Below, piece by piece: positions 27,938 through 37,405 of a stretch of DNA of 64,000 nt. Under the pieces are notes generated by a model that was not told the origin of the DNA, searched no databases, and worked only from the letters and a program-made list of their open reading frames with translations. The stretch is from positions 5,626-69,625 of the forward strand of contig JAZQDD010000028.1 of NCBI GenBank assembly GCA_045546615.1, in the 5' to 3' direction. Numbering within the stretch: the stretch's first letter is position 1; every line of letters starts with the position of its first letter. Made by a program: the position numbers and the translations under genes. The stretch is from Eubacteriales bacterium. Lineage in GTDB: Bacteria > Bacillota > Clostridia > Oscillospirales > CAG-272.

Positions 27938-27990
27938 GTTTTGCTTATTTTTGTTTTATTGTTATGCGCTAAATGAAACCGCCCAAAGTA

Positions 27991-30243
27991 TTATTTTCCA
28001 AACACCTTGCCGTAATAATCGTTCTCAAGAATGTAGTTCGAGTAAGTTCTCATCTTCTTGAGCAGGTCGTTGTGGGCGGAAACGTAGCCCATAGAAACAA
28101 GCGTGTCTATCTGCTCCTGCGTATACTTGGGATTACGCTCGAGCGTCTTGGTTCTCGAATTGTAAATGCCGTACTTTGTTACCCAGTTGTTGCTGGAGCT
28201 GATTCCCGAGGAGTTCGAGCAGTTAAGGATAACAAATCCGTCAGCATCCGAGAGAATATCACGTCCCATGATAAGGCGGGAATCGTACTTCGCGCCAAAG
28301 AGGTTCAGCACGGTGGGAAGTACGTCGATAGCGGAGCAGACCTTGTCCACCTTGACGGGCTCTTTCATCGAAGCTGACCAGATAATGAGGGGCGCACGGT
28401 AAAGGTCAAAATTCAAGAAGATGTTCTCAACAGGGAGTCCGTAAAGCTCCGAAAGAGCCTCCATCGTACCCTCGTCATCATCCACCGCCTGATTTTTGTC
28501 GTTGGTCTTACCTACGATGGAGTAGGGATAGTGGTCGGGAGCCATAACGAACACGGTGTTCTCAAGCTCACCCTGACGCTCAAGCTCGGCGCAAAGCTCC
28601 TGCACCATCAGCTCTACCTCGTACTGCGATGCAACGTAGGAGATAGCTCCGTTGCTCTTGTATCCGAGGTCGAGCGATTTAACGTAGGTTTTATGCTTGC
28701 TCGCCTGCGCGTTACCCGTGTGATACGCGTGTCCGCTGACCGTCATATAGTAAAGATGGAAAGGCTTGTCGGGCGTGATATAGGAAAGGGTGTTCACCGC
28801 AAGCTCACGGTCGGATTTCGGCCAGCCGTTGGTAAATTTAACATCCCAGTTGTTAACGCCGTGCCAGCCGTAGCCGAAATTCGGATGCGACTTGTCGCGG
28901 CTGTAATAGGTGTAGGTGTGGTTGTGGAAGCCGTTTGACTTGTAGCCGAGACTTCCCATCATATTGCCAAGCACGAAGGGCATATAGTTTGACGCGCTCT
29001 TTTTAAGGCAGGACGAGCTTGCGTAGAAATTACCCGTCATCACCGCGTACTCGCCCGTCGCGGTAGAGCCGCCCCAGTTGGAGCAGTAGTAGTTTTCAAA
29101 AACGAAGCCCTCATTCTTCATCTTATAAAGAGTGGGCGTGAGCTTTTCGTTTATTGCGGCGGGCGCCCAGCCCTCGACAGTTATGCAAATGAGGTTTTTG
29201 CCCTCAAACATACCCGTATAGGCGTTTTTATTGGTAGGCTCTCGCTCGGAGAACCATTGATGCGCAGATTTCAAACTGCCGCTCGACTTCGCGATAAGAG
29301 ATTCAAAATCAATATCCATCACGTTCGGGGACGTGTCCACGGGGGGAGCGGGGGGAGCTGTAGTAACGTCGCCCGAGCTACCGTTGCCCGAGGTGCTCTC
29401 ACCCGAAACGGGCGGATTGGTAACGGGGGGAGTCGTTTCATCCTCAAAGAGATTATCCCAGCCCTTATCGGGCACGGTGACCTCCGGACCGTCGTCGGTG
29501 AAATCCGCGTCGGGCCTGCCGAAGAGAGTATACTGCGTGTCAAGCCTGAGTGCGGTGATGATACCGAAGCGGCTTGCCGCCTCCGCCATAATAAAGCCCT
29601 CGTTATAATAATACTCGTCGCCAAGGTCATCAGAATGCAAGTTTACAAAACCGATTCCCGCCCAAAAAATAACGATAGCAAGAGCCAAGCCAATGCCCCT
29701 GAACGCCCACGAGGTCATAACGGCGGGGAGATATCTCCTGCCGAAAATTATATAAAGTACAGCGGGCAAAAGCAAAAATACAAGCCAAATAATATTTTGG
29801 GCTATGCACGCCAATATCTCACGCCAGAATGCCGTAACGTCGCCCGCAACGAGCATCTGATCCCAATAGAAAAAGTCTTGAAAAAACTTGGAATACACAA
29901 GCTGAACGCAGAAATACAGACATATAACCGACAAAATACAGCTTTCAACGATGTGGTTGACCTTTTCGGAGAAGAACGAGGCTACAAGAGCCATTATCGT
30001 GCCTGCCGACACGGAAAACATGGTGATGTAAACAAAAAACGTCGATGATACCGAGCCTCCCGACGCGAGACGGAACACGATCTCAAGGAAAAACAGCGTC
30101 AGAGCCACTGCCCCTGCGTGAATAACCCCGTCTACGGTCTGTTCGCCCGCATCCTTGTCCGCTGGACGGCGGCGGACTGCACCTTTTTGATACTCGTTTT
30201 CGCGAGAATTTGGATTTTTGTTCATTTTCTTCCTTTTCCGCAT
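27991..30243 (-). CDS. LTA synthase (LtaS)/sulfatase family membrane protein
   Basis: The N-terminus has multiple TM helices. A Thr/Pro-rich linker follows, then an extracellular alkaline-phosphatase-superfamily domain (NWGGSTATGEYAVMTG, APDHYPY). The start is uncertain: ATG at 30243 or the MNKNP ATG 18 nt downstream. Confidence 0.8.
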   Translation of the reverse strand: MRKRKKMNKNPNSRENEYQKGAVRRRPADKDAGEQTVDGVIHAGAVALTLFFLEIVFRLASGGSVSSTFFVYITMFSVSAGTIMALVASFFSEKVNHIVESCILSVICLYFCVQLVYSKFFQDFFYWDQMLVAGDVTAFWREILACIAQNIIWLVFLLLPAVLYIIFGRRYLPAVMTSWAFRGIGLALAIVIFWAGIGFVNLHSDDLGDEYYYNEGFIMAEAASRFGIITALRLDTQYTLFGRPDADFTDDGPEVTVPDKGWDNLFEDETTPPVTNPPVSGESTSGNGSSGDVTTAPPAPPVDTSPNVMDIDFESLIAKSSGSLKSAHQWFSEREPTNKNAYTGMFEGKNLICITVEGWAPAAINEKLTPTLYKMKNEGFVFENYYCSNWGGSTATGEYAVMTGNFYASSSCLKKSASNYMPFVLGNMMGSLGYKSNGFHNHTYTYYSRDKSHPNFGYGWHGVNNWDVKFTNGWPKSDRELAVNTLSYITPDKPFHLYYMTVSGHAYHTGNAQASKHKTYVKSLDLGYKSNGAISYVASQYEVELMVQELCAELERQGELENTVFVMAPDHYPYSIVGKTNDKNQAVDDDEGTMEALSELYGLPVENIFLNFDLYRAPLIIWSASMKEPVKVDKVCSAIDVLPTVLNLFGAKYDSRLIMGRDILSDADGFVILNCSNSSGISSSNNWVTKYGIYNSRTKTLERNPKYTQEQIDTLVSMGYVSAHNDLLKKMRTYSNYILENDYYGKVFGK

Positions 30244-30254
30244 CAGCGGACGTT

Positions 30255-31745
30255 TTATTTGTGATAGAGCTTTTTGGTTTGATATACAGGCTCGTAGGTG
30301 ATATTTATCCCCAGCTTTTTAAGTAAGGTTTCATCGGCGGGAGAGAGTATGACCGTGGAGTGCGCGTCGCATCCACGTAGATTTGCAAGCTCCTCCATCG
30401 CCTGCTCCGCCTCGGGCGAATTTACCGCGCAGACCGACAGCGCGATAAGAAGCTCGTCGGTATGGAGACGGGGATTGTGATTTCCGAGATGCTCGACCTT
30501 GAGATGCTGTACAGGCTCAATGACCGAGGGGGAGATGAGATGTGCCTCATCCGGAATACCCGCAAGAGTTTTGAGCGCGTTAAGCAGCATCGCCGAGGTA
30601 GCTCCCAGCAATATAGACGTTTTACCCGTCACAATTGTTCCGTCAAGAAGCTCGATAGCCGTAGCAGGCTCACCCGTCTGGTCACGCTTTGCAAGCGCGG
30701 CGGCGATAACGGGTCTGTCGGCGGTAGTGACGCCCGCCTGCTTCATTTGCAGCTCGTGTTTATATACTATCTCGTCGGAAAGCTCGCCCTTGCGCACCGC
30801 GACGAGCGCGTTATAATAACGGCGGACGATCTCCTTTTTGGCGGCTGCTCGAACAGCCTCATCATCCGTGATGCAAAAACCGGCCATATTTACGCCCATG
30901 TCCGTGGGAGATTTGTACGGACACTCGCCGTATATCTTTTCAAACGTAGCGCAAAGCACGGGGAATATCTCAATATCGCGGTTGTAATTGACCGTCGTAG
31001 TGCCGTACGCCTCAAGATGAAAGGGATCGAGCATATTGACGTCGCTAAGATCGGCAGTAGCCGCCTCGTACGCTATGTTCACAGGGTGGCGAAGCGGGAG
31101 ATTCCACACGGGGAACGTCTCAAACTTCGCGTATCCCGCCTGAACGCCGCGGCGGTTCTCGTTATATACCTGCGAAAGGCAAACTGCCATTTTTCCGCTT
31201 CCGGGGCCCGGGGCGGTAACGACGACGAGAGAACGCTCCGTCTCGATAAAGTCGTTCTTTCCATATCCTTCCTCGGAAACGATAAACTCAACGTTAGAGG
31301 GATATCCTTCGATGGGGTAATGGCGATATACCTTGATACCCTGACTTTTCAGCTTTTCCTCAAAAGCGTTTGCCGCAGGCTGTGACTCATACTTTGTAAG
31401 AACCACGCTGCCGACGTACAAGCCGAAATGCCTGAAAACGTCAATAAGGCGCATAGCATCGGCATCGTACGTTATGCCGAGATCTCCGCGCTTTTTATTC
31501 TTTTCAATGTCGCCTGCGCTGATAACGATAACGATCTCCGCCTGATCTTTAAGCTCAAGAAGCATGCGGAGCTTACTGTCAGGCTCAAAGCCGGGAAGCA
31601 CGCGGGATGCGTGATTATCATCATACAGCTTGCCGCCGAACTCAAGATAGAGCTTACCGCCAAAACGATCTATTCTTTCCCTTATTTTTTCGGATTGAAG
31701 CTTCAGATACTTATCATTATCAAATCCAAGCCCGTTGTTTTTCAT
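30255..31745 (-). CDS. DUF1846/UPF0371 family protein
   Basis: It has GFDNDKYLKLQSEKIRERI and YDDNHASRVLPGFEPDSK. I prefer the ATG at 31745 (RBS ggaggg, 5 nt upstream) over the track start at 31760. Confidence 0.7.
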   Translation of the reverse strand: MKNNGLGFDNDKYLKLQSEKIRERIDRFGGKLYLEFGGKLYDDNHASRVLPGFEPDSKLRMLLELKDQAEIVIVISAGDIEKNKKRGDLGITYDADAMRLIDVFRHFGLYVGSVVLTKYESQPAANAFEEKLKSQGIKVYRHYPIEGYPSNVEFIVSEEGYGKNDFIETERSLVVVTAPGPGSGKMAVCLSQVYNENRRGVQAGYAKFETFPVWNLPLRHPVNIAYEAATADLSDVNMLDPFHLEAYGTTTVNYNRDIEIFPVLCATFEKIYGECPYKSPTDMGVNMAGFCITDDEAVRAAAKKEIVRRYYNALVAVRKGELSDEIVYKHELQMKQAGVTTADRPVIAAALAKRDQTGEPATAIELLDGTIVTGKTSILLGATSAMLLNALKTLAGIPDEAHLISPSVIEPVQHLKVEHLGNHNPRLHTDELLIALSVCAVNSPEAEQAMEELANLRGCDAHSTVILSPADETLLKKLGINITYEPVYQTKKLYHK

Positions 31746-31916
31746 AATGTCCCTCCACATTAAAATACAGAGTAATTATACACCATTTGAAAAGCTTTTT
31801 CAACCGTATTTGTGAGCATTTTTCAAAATTTTATAATTTATTTTTTATTAAATACCTCAAACGCAAAAAAAGAACTTGAACGGCAAATTCTCTTGCCGTT
31901 CAAGCTGTATCTTTTA

Positions 31917-32819
31917 TTATTTGAGAAGCGCTGCCGCCTTGTGCAAATTCGTTATAAGCGGATTTACCGCGCGGGCTTCCTCGCCGTCAAGCGTCCAGTG
32001 AATATCGGGGGAAAGCTCAAACTTTATCTCCTTTGCCTTAAAGAACTCTATCATATCGCACTTGAGATTGGATGAAAGGCAGGCGGAAACGATGAGGTTA
32101 AGGTCTCCGACGCTCTTCGGATTTTTAACAAGCACTACCTCAAACTCGCCGTCGCTCATGTCAACGAGAGTGGAATCGAGCTTAACTATTCCGCCGACCG
32201 AGGTGGTATTGGTGACTCCGCCGAATATGTACTCGCCCTCGTAGCACTCGCCGCCCTTGACGGTGCATTTGACGTGTATCGGCTTGATAGCGAAAAAGTC
32301 CTTTGCCCCCTGAAGCACGTATGCGAGATGTCCAAGCACGTTCTTCATCGACTGGGGCGCGCTGTAGGACGAAGCGGCAAACGCGCCAAAGGAAGCAACG
32401 TAGGTAAAGTGTCGCAGTGAGCCAAAGCGTCCGACGTCAAGCAAGGCAGTTTTGCCCGAATTCAGCGCGCGGCACGCGCTTGCCGCCGCCTCGGGAAGCT
32501 CAAGCGGAAGTCCGAGAGCCGCCGCAAAATCATTGGTGCTTCCCGCGGGTATATAGCCCACGGGCAGGCTCGCGCCCGACGAGACCACGCCCGTGATGAC
32601 CTCGTTTAGCGTTCCGTCGCCGCCGCAACAGAAAACCGCATCAAATTTGCCCGATTTCGCGCAAGATGCGGCAATGTCCTTTGCCTCACCGCGGTGGCGC
32701 GTCATCATGACCGTGGGGATAACGGCGTGCAACGTCATCGTGTGGATAACGTCAAAAAGCTCCGCCTTCGCCTTCAGCTTTCCCGACACGGGGTTTATAA
32801 TAAGCAATACCTTTTTCAT
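31917..32819 (-). CDS. Diacylglycerol kinase family lipid kinase (YegS/DagK-like)
   Basis: It has KKVLLIINPVSG and CCGGDGTLNEV, and the RBS is aggag. Confidence 0.85.
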   Translation of the reverse strand: MKKVLLIINPVSGKLKAKAELFDVIHTMTLHAVIPTVMMTRHRGEAKDIAASCAKSGKFDAVFCCGGDGTLNEVITGVVSSGASLPVGYIPAGSTNDFAAALGLPLELPEAAASACRALNSGKTALLDVGRFGSLRHFTYVASFGAFAASSYSAPQSMKNVLGHLAYVLQGAKDFFAIKPIHVKCTVKGGECYEGEYIFGGVTNTTSVGGIVKLDSTLVDMSDGEFEVVLVKNPKSVGDLNLIVSACLSSNLKCDMIEFFKAKEIKFELSPDIHWTLDGEEARAVNPLITNLHKAAALLK

Positions 32820-32832
32820 TTCGTTTTTTCTC

Positions 32833-33417
32833 CTATAGCTTTTTTACGGCTGAAAGATATTCTTCGTAAGTCAGCATAAATTTGAGCGCCGCAAGCAACG
32901 CCTTGGCGTTCATATCGGGGGGCAAATCAAGCACGGCGCAGAGCTTATTTCGCCTTTCGGCACTTCCCTCTCCGCCCGTAAGCCCGTCGCGCATAAGGTC
33001 AGCGGCGCACAGCGGATTTTCCGCCCACCGTCCGCCATCGTCCTGTGCGTACGGCAAAAATATGCGGCGCAAATGCTCCGTATCCATGCCCTCAACGCCG
33101 AGAACACCCTCGGCTGACGGCTCTTTTTTGCGTTTTTCAACGCCCTTTACCCTCGGAACGTAGAGGCGTATCACCGAGTCGGCAGGCAAGACCGAACAGA
33201 TGTGCGAGCGAATAACACCGCCCGCGCCGTCGGGGTCTGTAAGCACGATAAGCGGCGTTTTTTTGGCAAGCGCGCGCAAAAGCGCCGTCTTTTCCTTATT
33301 TTTAAATATCCCGAACCCGTCGGTGGTAATTATCCTTGCATCAATGACGGACGAGAGCTTCGCCCTATCGTACTTTCCCTCGACAATGACGGGGTACGGG
33401 ATCTTTAGTCTGTCCAT
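32833..33417 (-). CDS. Toprim domain protein (RNase M5-like, DUF4093-type C-terminus)
   Basis: Toprim motifs VIVEGKYD and LTDPDGAGGVIR are present. I prefer the ATG at 33417 (MDRLKIP), which sits 1 nt after the uppP stop, over the track start at 33456. Confidence 0.6.
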   Translation of the reverse strand: MDRLKIPYPVIVEGKYDRAKLSSVIDARIITTDGFGIFKNKEKTALLRALAKKTPLIVLTDPDGAGGVIRSHICSVLPADSVIRLYVPRVKGVEKRKKEPSAEGVLGVEGMDTEHLRRIFLPYAQDDGGRWAENPLCAADLMRDGLTGGEGSAERRNKLCAVLDLPPDMNAKALLAALKFMLTYEEYLSAVKKL

Positions 33418-33418
33418 A

Positions 33419-34297
33419 TCAATTGAATATAAAGTACAAAAGCACCGCCGCGCCAAGTATTATGCGGTAATATCCAAACACGGCAAAGGAATGTTTCTTT
33501 ACAAAATCCGTAAGGAACTTTATTGCCGCCATGGACACCGCAAAGGCTGTGATGCTCGCCACGGCAAGCACCGCAATAGCGGTAAGAGTCACCTCCGCGC
33601 CGCTCTCTGCAACGTAGGAAACAAAGCCGAGTCCCTTTAGCAGACTTGCGCCCGCCATAGCGGGAACGGCGAGGAAGAATGAAAATTCCGCCGCCGCACC
33701 GCGCGAAAGACCAAGCATCATAGAACCGAGAATGGTCGAGCCGGAGCGTGACGTTCCCGGGATTATCGCAAGCATCTGAAAGATGCCGATGAATATTGCG
33801 TGCTTGGGCTTAATGTCGTGTACGGACGTAACCGCAGGAGCTTTATTGCCCCTGAAACGCTCGATAAGAATGAAAAGCACACCGTAAATTATCAAAGCTG
33901 ACGCAACGACCGTGGCGTTATATATCCAGCCGTCGATGTCCTTGCCCGTTGCGTTCTCAATGACCTTGTCAAGCACTATGCCGACTGCCGCCGCTGGAAT
34001 GCTGGCAATACAGATATTGAGCCAGAGCCGCCAAGTGCTTTTCTTTTCCTCGGCACTTTTTGACGCGCCAAAGGGCAACAATACCTTAAAGAAGCTGACA
34101 GCCACGGCAAGTATCGCGCCAAGCTGTATAACGACCTCAAACATCTGCCCGAATTCCGCGCGGAAAGCGGCATCGGATGAAACGTTCAGCGCGAGAAACT
34201 CATCAAGCAGTATAAGATGTCCCGTAGAGCTTACGGGAAGCCACTCGGTTATTCCCTCAACGATGCCGTACAGCACCGCTTTTAAAATTTCTATCAT
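33419..34297 (-). CDS. uppP: Undecaprenyl-diphosphate phosphatase
   Basis: It has the BacA family motifs GIVEGITEWLPVSSTGHL and PGTSRSGSTI and eight TM helices. Its start overlaps the stop of the upstream U32 gene (ATGA). Confidence 0.95.
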   Translation of the reverse strand: MIEILKAVLYGIVEGITEWLPVSSTGHLILLDEFLALNVSSDAAFRAEFGQMFEVVIQLGAILAVAVSFFKVLLPFGASKSAEEKKSTWRLWLNICIASIPAAAVGIVLDKVIENATGKDIDGWIYNATVVASALIIYGVLFILIERFRGNKAPAVTSVHDIKPKHAIFIGIFQMLAIIPGTSRSGSTILGSMMLGLSRGAAAEFSFFLAVPAMAGASLLKGLGFVSYVAESGAEVTLTAIAVLAVASITAFAVSMAAIKFLTDFVKKHSFAVFGYYRIILGAAVLLYFIFN

Positions 34298-35574
34298 TTC
34301 TCTCCTCCCGAGGCGCGAACTATGTCGCCCTCCTTCACCTCTATCGGCATTCTCATATAGAATATCATGGACGGATGCGGCGCACTTTCAAGCGGCGTGC
34401 CGTCCTCGGCATATATCTCCGCTATTTCAAAGGGGATTCCGACCCTTCCGGGAGTGAGAAGCTCGCCCGCCTCCCCACAGCTCAATTTGTTGCGCTGGGC
34501 AAATTTATAAACTCTGCCGTTTTCATTTACTGCCTCAACGCCCTCGGGAGCTTCTTCGGCAAGCGCAACGGCAAGATACGCCTTTTCACGCTCATAGCCG
34601 CCGCGAGTGACTGTCTGCGTGTTCTCCATGGGGGAATCAAAATAAAATCCCGTAGAATACTCGCGGTGCGAGACCGAGCAAAGCTCATCGTAAAGTGCGC
34701 CGTCGGGAACGAAATCCGCAATATTCTCACATTTTTCGCAGGCGTCAAGTGCCATTTTGTATGCGTTGGTAACGACGGCGGTATAATACGCCGACTTCAT
34801 TCTGCCCTCGATCTTAAACGAGGACACGCCCGCCTGCCAGAGCTTGCCGACGTGCTCTATCATGCACATATCCTTCGAGGACATGATGAAAGTTCCCACA
34901 GGGCTTTCCTCAATGGGAAAATGGTCGTCGGGGCGTTTATCCTCCACGATGGTGTAACCCCAACGGCAGGGCTGGGTGCACGCGCCGCGGTTGGCATCTC
35001 TGCCCGTGAGTGCGCTGGACAAAAGGCATCTTCCGCTGTACGAGATGCACATCGAGCCGTGAACGAACGCCTCAAGCTCCACGCCGTCGGGTATCGCCTC
35101 GCGTATTGCGGCTATCTCGTCAAGCGCAAGCTCGCGCGCAAGCACAAGGCGCTCCGCGCCCATTGCGGCGTATGCGCAAGCCGCCTCGGGGCTCATGATG
35201 CTCGCCTGCGTGGATATATGCACCGCCGCCGTGGGAATGATTCGGCGCAAAAGCGCCATTACGCCAAGGTCGGCAACGATAAAGGCGTCAATGCCAAAAT
35301 CCTTTATCGCGGTAAGAAACTCGGCAAGCGAGGGATATTCGTAACCGTGCGGAAGCGTGTTGAGCGTGAGATAGAGCTTTTTTCCTGCGGCGTGAACGGT
35401 GCTTGCCGCCGCGCGAAGCTCCTCGACGGAGAAATTGTCCGCCGCCGCCCTCATTCCAAAGCGCTGTCCCGCAAGATAAACGGCATCCGCGCCAAAACGG
35501 AGAGCCGCCGCCAGCTTTTCGGGGTTTCCCGCGGGGGAAAGTATTTCGGGACGGGGTAGTGTTATTTTTTTCAT
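34294..35574 (-). CDS. U32 family peptidase-like protein (426 aa)
   Basis: It has PEILSPAGNPEKLAAALRFGADAVYLAG and the Cys cluster HGSMCISYSGRCLLSS...GACTQPCRW. Confidence 0.85.
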   Translation of the reverse strand: MKKITLPRPEILSPAGNPEKLAAALRFGADAVYLAGQRFGMRAAADNFSVEELRAAASTVHAAGKKLYLTLNTLPHGYEYPSLAEFLTAIKDFGIDAFIVADLGVMALLRRIIPTAAVHISTQASIMSPEAACAYAAMGAERLVLARELALDEIAAIREAIPDGVELEAFVHGSMCISYSGRCLLSSALTGRDANRGACTQPCRWGYTIVEDKRPDDHFPIEESPVGTFIMSSKDMCMIEHVGKLWQAGVSSFKIEGRMKSAYYTAVVTNAYKMALDACEKCENIADFVPDGALYDELCSVSHREYSTGFYFDSPMENTQTVTRGGYEREKAYLAVALAEEAPEGVEAVNENGRVYKFAQRNKLSCGEAGELLTPGRVGIPFEIAEIYAEDGTPLESAPHPSMIFYMRMPIEVKEGDIVRASGGEK

Positions 35575-35588
35575 ATTATCAAAGCCTC

Positions 35589-36005
35589 TTACGATTCGCC
35601 GCCGTCCTTTGCGGGCGGACGGAAATCTATTCTATATACGTTTTCGCTGTTTATCTTTATTTTCGGTATTCTGATGGGCGGAGTGCCTGCCGCCGCGGTG
35701 ACGGTGTTGCACAGCGCCGCCATATAGGGGTACATCTCCCCAAAGGTGGCAACGTGTATATCCTCGCGCGACATATCCTCGGGCACGGCAAAAACGCCCG
35801 TTTGCACAAGCTTTAGCTTGAATTTGTCGGGATTCTCCTTATCTTCCGCCATGACCGAAAGCTCGGCGTGCGCGATTCCCGCGGCGGGATAGCGGAGCTG
35901 ATGATTGTATCTGAATGACAGCGTGATACGGCTTCCCGGAGCCATTCGGTTGACGAAGGTGACCTCGTCAGCCTTTATCAGCTTCATTTCAAGTGCGCCC
36001 GCCAT
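35589..36005 (-). CDS. SecB-like chaperone-fold protein (tentative)
   Basis: The segment KFKLKLVQTGVFAVPEDMSREDIHVATFGEMYPYMAALCNTVTAAAGTPPIRIP parallels E. coli SecB FLCEVQQGGIFSIAG...[27 protein letters not shown]. The start at 36005 overlaps the stop of the upstream gene (TGATG). Alternative starts are 36029 and 35987. Confidence 0.45.
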   Translation of the reverse strand: MAGALEMKLIKADEVTFVNRMAPGSRITLSFRYNHQLRYPAAGIAHAELSVMAEDKENPDKFKLKLVQTGVFAVPEDMSREDIHVATFGEMYPYMAALCNTVTAAAGTPPIRIPKIKINSENVYRIDFRPPAKDGGES

Positions 36006-36352
36006 CAGATGCAAACGATGAAGAGCCACGCGAGAAGTGCCTGAACAAGGCTCATATCGCTATACGCTCCGCGCAAAAACGAAAGCACGACCGACGCGGC
36101 GGAAGCAACGAAAATTATCACGCCGCACAAATGACAGACCGCAGGCTTGACCTTGGCAAGCCCCATAATACCCGCGATGAACATCAAAACGCCCACCGCC
36201 GTCGATATAAGCTCGTAAACGGGCATGGAAAAATCAAGCGAAACTATGAAATCCCACGCCGCCAGCACCGAGCTGACACCAAGCAATATATAAATTATGC
36301 TGATAACTATCCTCGTAGTCTCTATTTTTGAAGCAATGCTCTTTTTAGCCAT
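36005..36352 (-). CDS. Small 3-TM membrane protein, function unknown
   Basis: It has hydrophobic helices. I prefer the ATG at 36352 (RBS ggagga, 7 nt upstream) over 36367. Confidence 0.6.
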   Translation of the reverse strand: MAKKSIASKIETTRIVISIIYILLGVSSVLAAWDFIVSLDFSMPVYELISTAVGVLMFIAGIMGLAKVKPAVCHLCGVIIFVASAASVVLSFLRGAYSDMSLVQALLAWLFIVCI

Positions 36353-36425
36353 ATAAACGTCCTCCATGCTTACCGCAATATTTTCCTATTTTATATTTTA
36401 CATCAAATAAAACTCTTTGTCAAGT

Positions 36426-36457
36426 AAAAACGGCCGAAGCACAGCTTCGACCGTTTT
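36426..36457 (-). terminator. Intrinsic terminator after the SGNH hydrolase gene
   Basis: On the minus strand the sequence is aaaaacggtcgaagc-tgt-gcttcggccgttttt. Confidence 0.8.
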
Positions 36458-36481
36458 TGTTTATGGTGACGGCTGAAAGTG

Positions 36482-37405
36482 TCAGTCGTTTTCACGTTTT
36501 CTTCCAAACACAGCGCAAAGAGCGATGGCGGATGGGATAACGGCAAGAGCCGTTACCGAGCCGCATCCGCCCTCGGCAGCCGCGGTAGTGCTTTCCGCAG
36601 TAGTCTCGGGTGCTGTGGTCTGGGGGATTGTAGTTTCGGGGACGGTGGTGACCTCCGCCTTCTTGATAAACGTCTCCTCCATCCACGACGCTATGAAGGG
36701 AGTGAGTATATCATAGCCCTTTGCGTTGGGATGAACGTTTATATCATCTCTGAAATGCGTGCCTGTTTTGAGCCTTTTGGCAAGTGTTTCGTTGTGGTAA
36801 AGGTCCGCATAGGGAACGTCCCACTTTTCGAGGATCTGTATTGTCAGGTCAACGTAAGGCTCCATTGCCTCAAGCTTCGAGGGAGCATTCTTGAACTTGA
36901 AATTGACAATAAATCCTACCGCCGCGTCGGGATACATACCCTTGGTATAATAAAGCAGATTTTCAAGTCCGCCCCCAAAAGTGTTCTTATCAAACGCAGA
37001 CGGCTCAAATCCCTCGGTCATTACGCCGATGGGGAGATCCTGCCACGCATCGTTTGTGCCGCCGTGAAGGATTATTATATCGGCATCCTTGTGCTTTGCG
37101 CGTGCCGAACGTACCTGCGAAAGAATATTCTTTGCGGTCTGCTGGGACACGAATGCACCGGGCACACCGAGATTTTCACAAGCTCTGAAATTATATCTCT
37201 CGGCAATTCTTCCGGGCCAGCCCTTGTTATCCACGGTCGCTCTCGTTATCGAGTCGCCGCAAAAGAGTACCTTGAGTCCGTCAAAGCTCTCAAAGGTCTT
37301 TGCCGACTCGGTATTGTCCTCGGCGCTTGCGCCAAGGGTAAGAGAGGATATCAACATCACAACTGCGACAAGCGCATTGAGCAGTCTTTTTATTGCAATT
37401 TTCAT
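36482..37405 (-). CDS. Secreted SGNH/GDSL hydrolase with a Thr-rich linker and a GGCGS-TM-RKREND C-terminal tail
   Basis: It has a signal peptide ([28 protein letters not shown]), SGNH block I (VLFCGDSIT), block III (GGTND) and a C-terminal ...[35 protein letters not shown]. Its ATG overlaps the infB stop (ATGA at 37402-37405). Confidence 0.8.
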   Translation of the reverse strand: MKIAIKRLLNALVAVVMLISSLTLGASAEDNTESAKTFESFDGLKVLFCGDSITRATVDNKGWPGRIAERYNFRACENLGVPGAFVSQQTAKNILSQVRSARAKHKDADIIILHGGTNDAWQDLPIGVMTEGFEPSAFDKNTFGGGLENLLYYTKGMYPDAAVGFIVNFKFKNAPSKLEAMEPYVDLTIQILEKWDVPYADLYHNETLAKRLKTGTHFRDDINVHPNAKGYDILTPFIASWMEETFIKKAEVTTVPETTIPQTTAPETTAESTTAAAEGGCGSVTALAVIPSAIALCAVFGRKREND

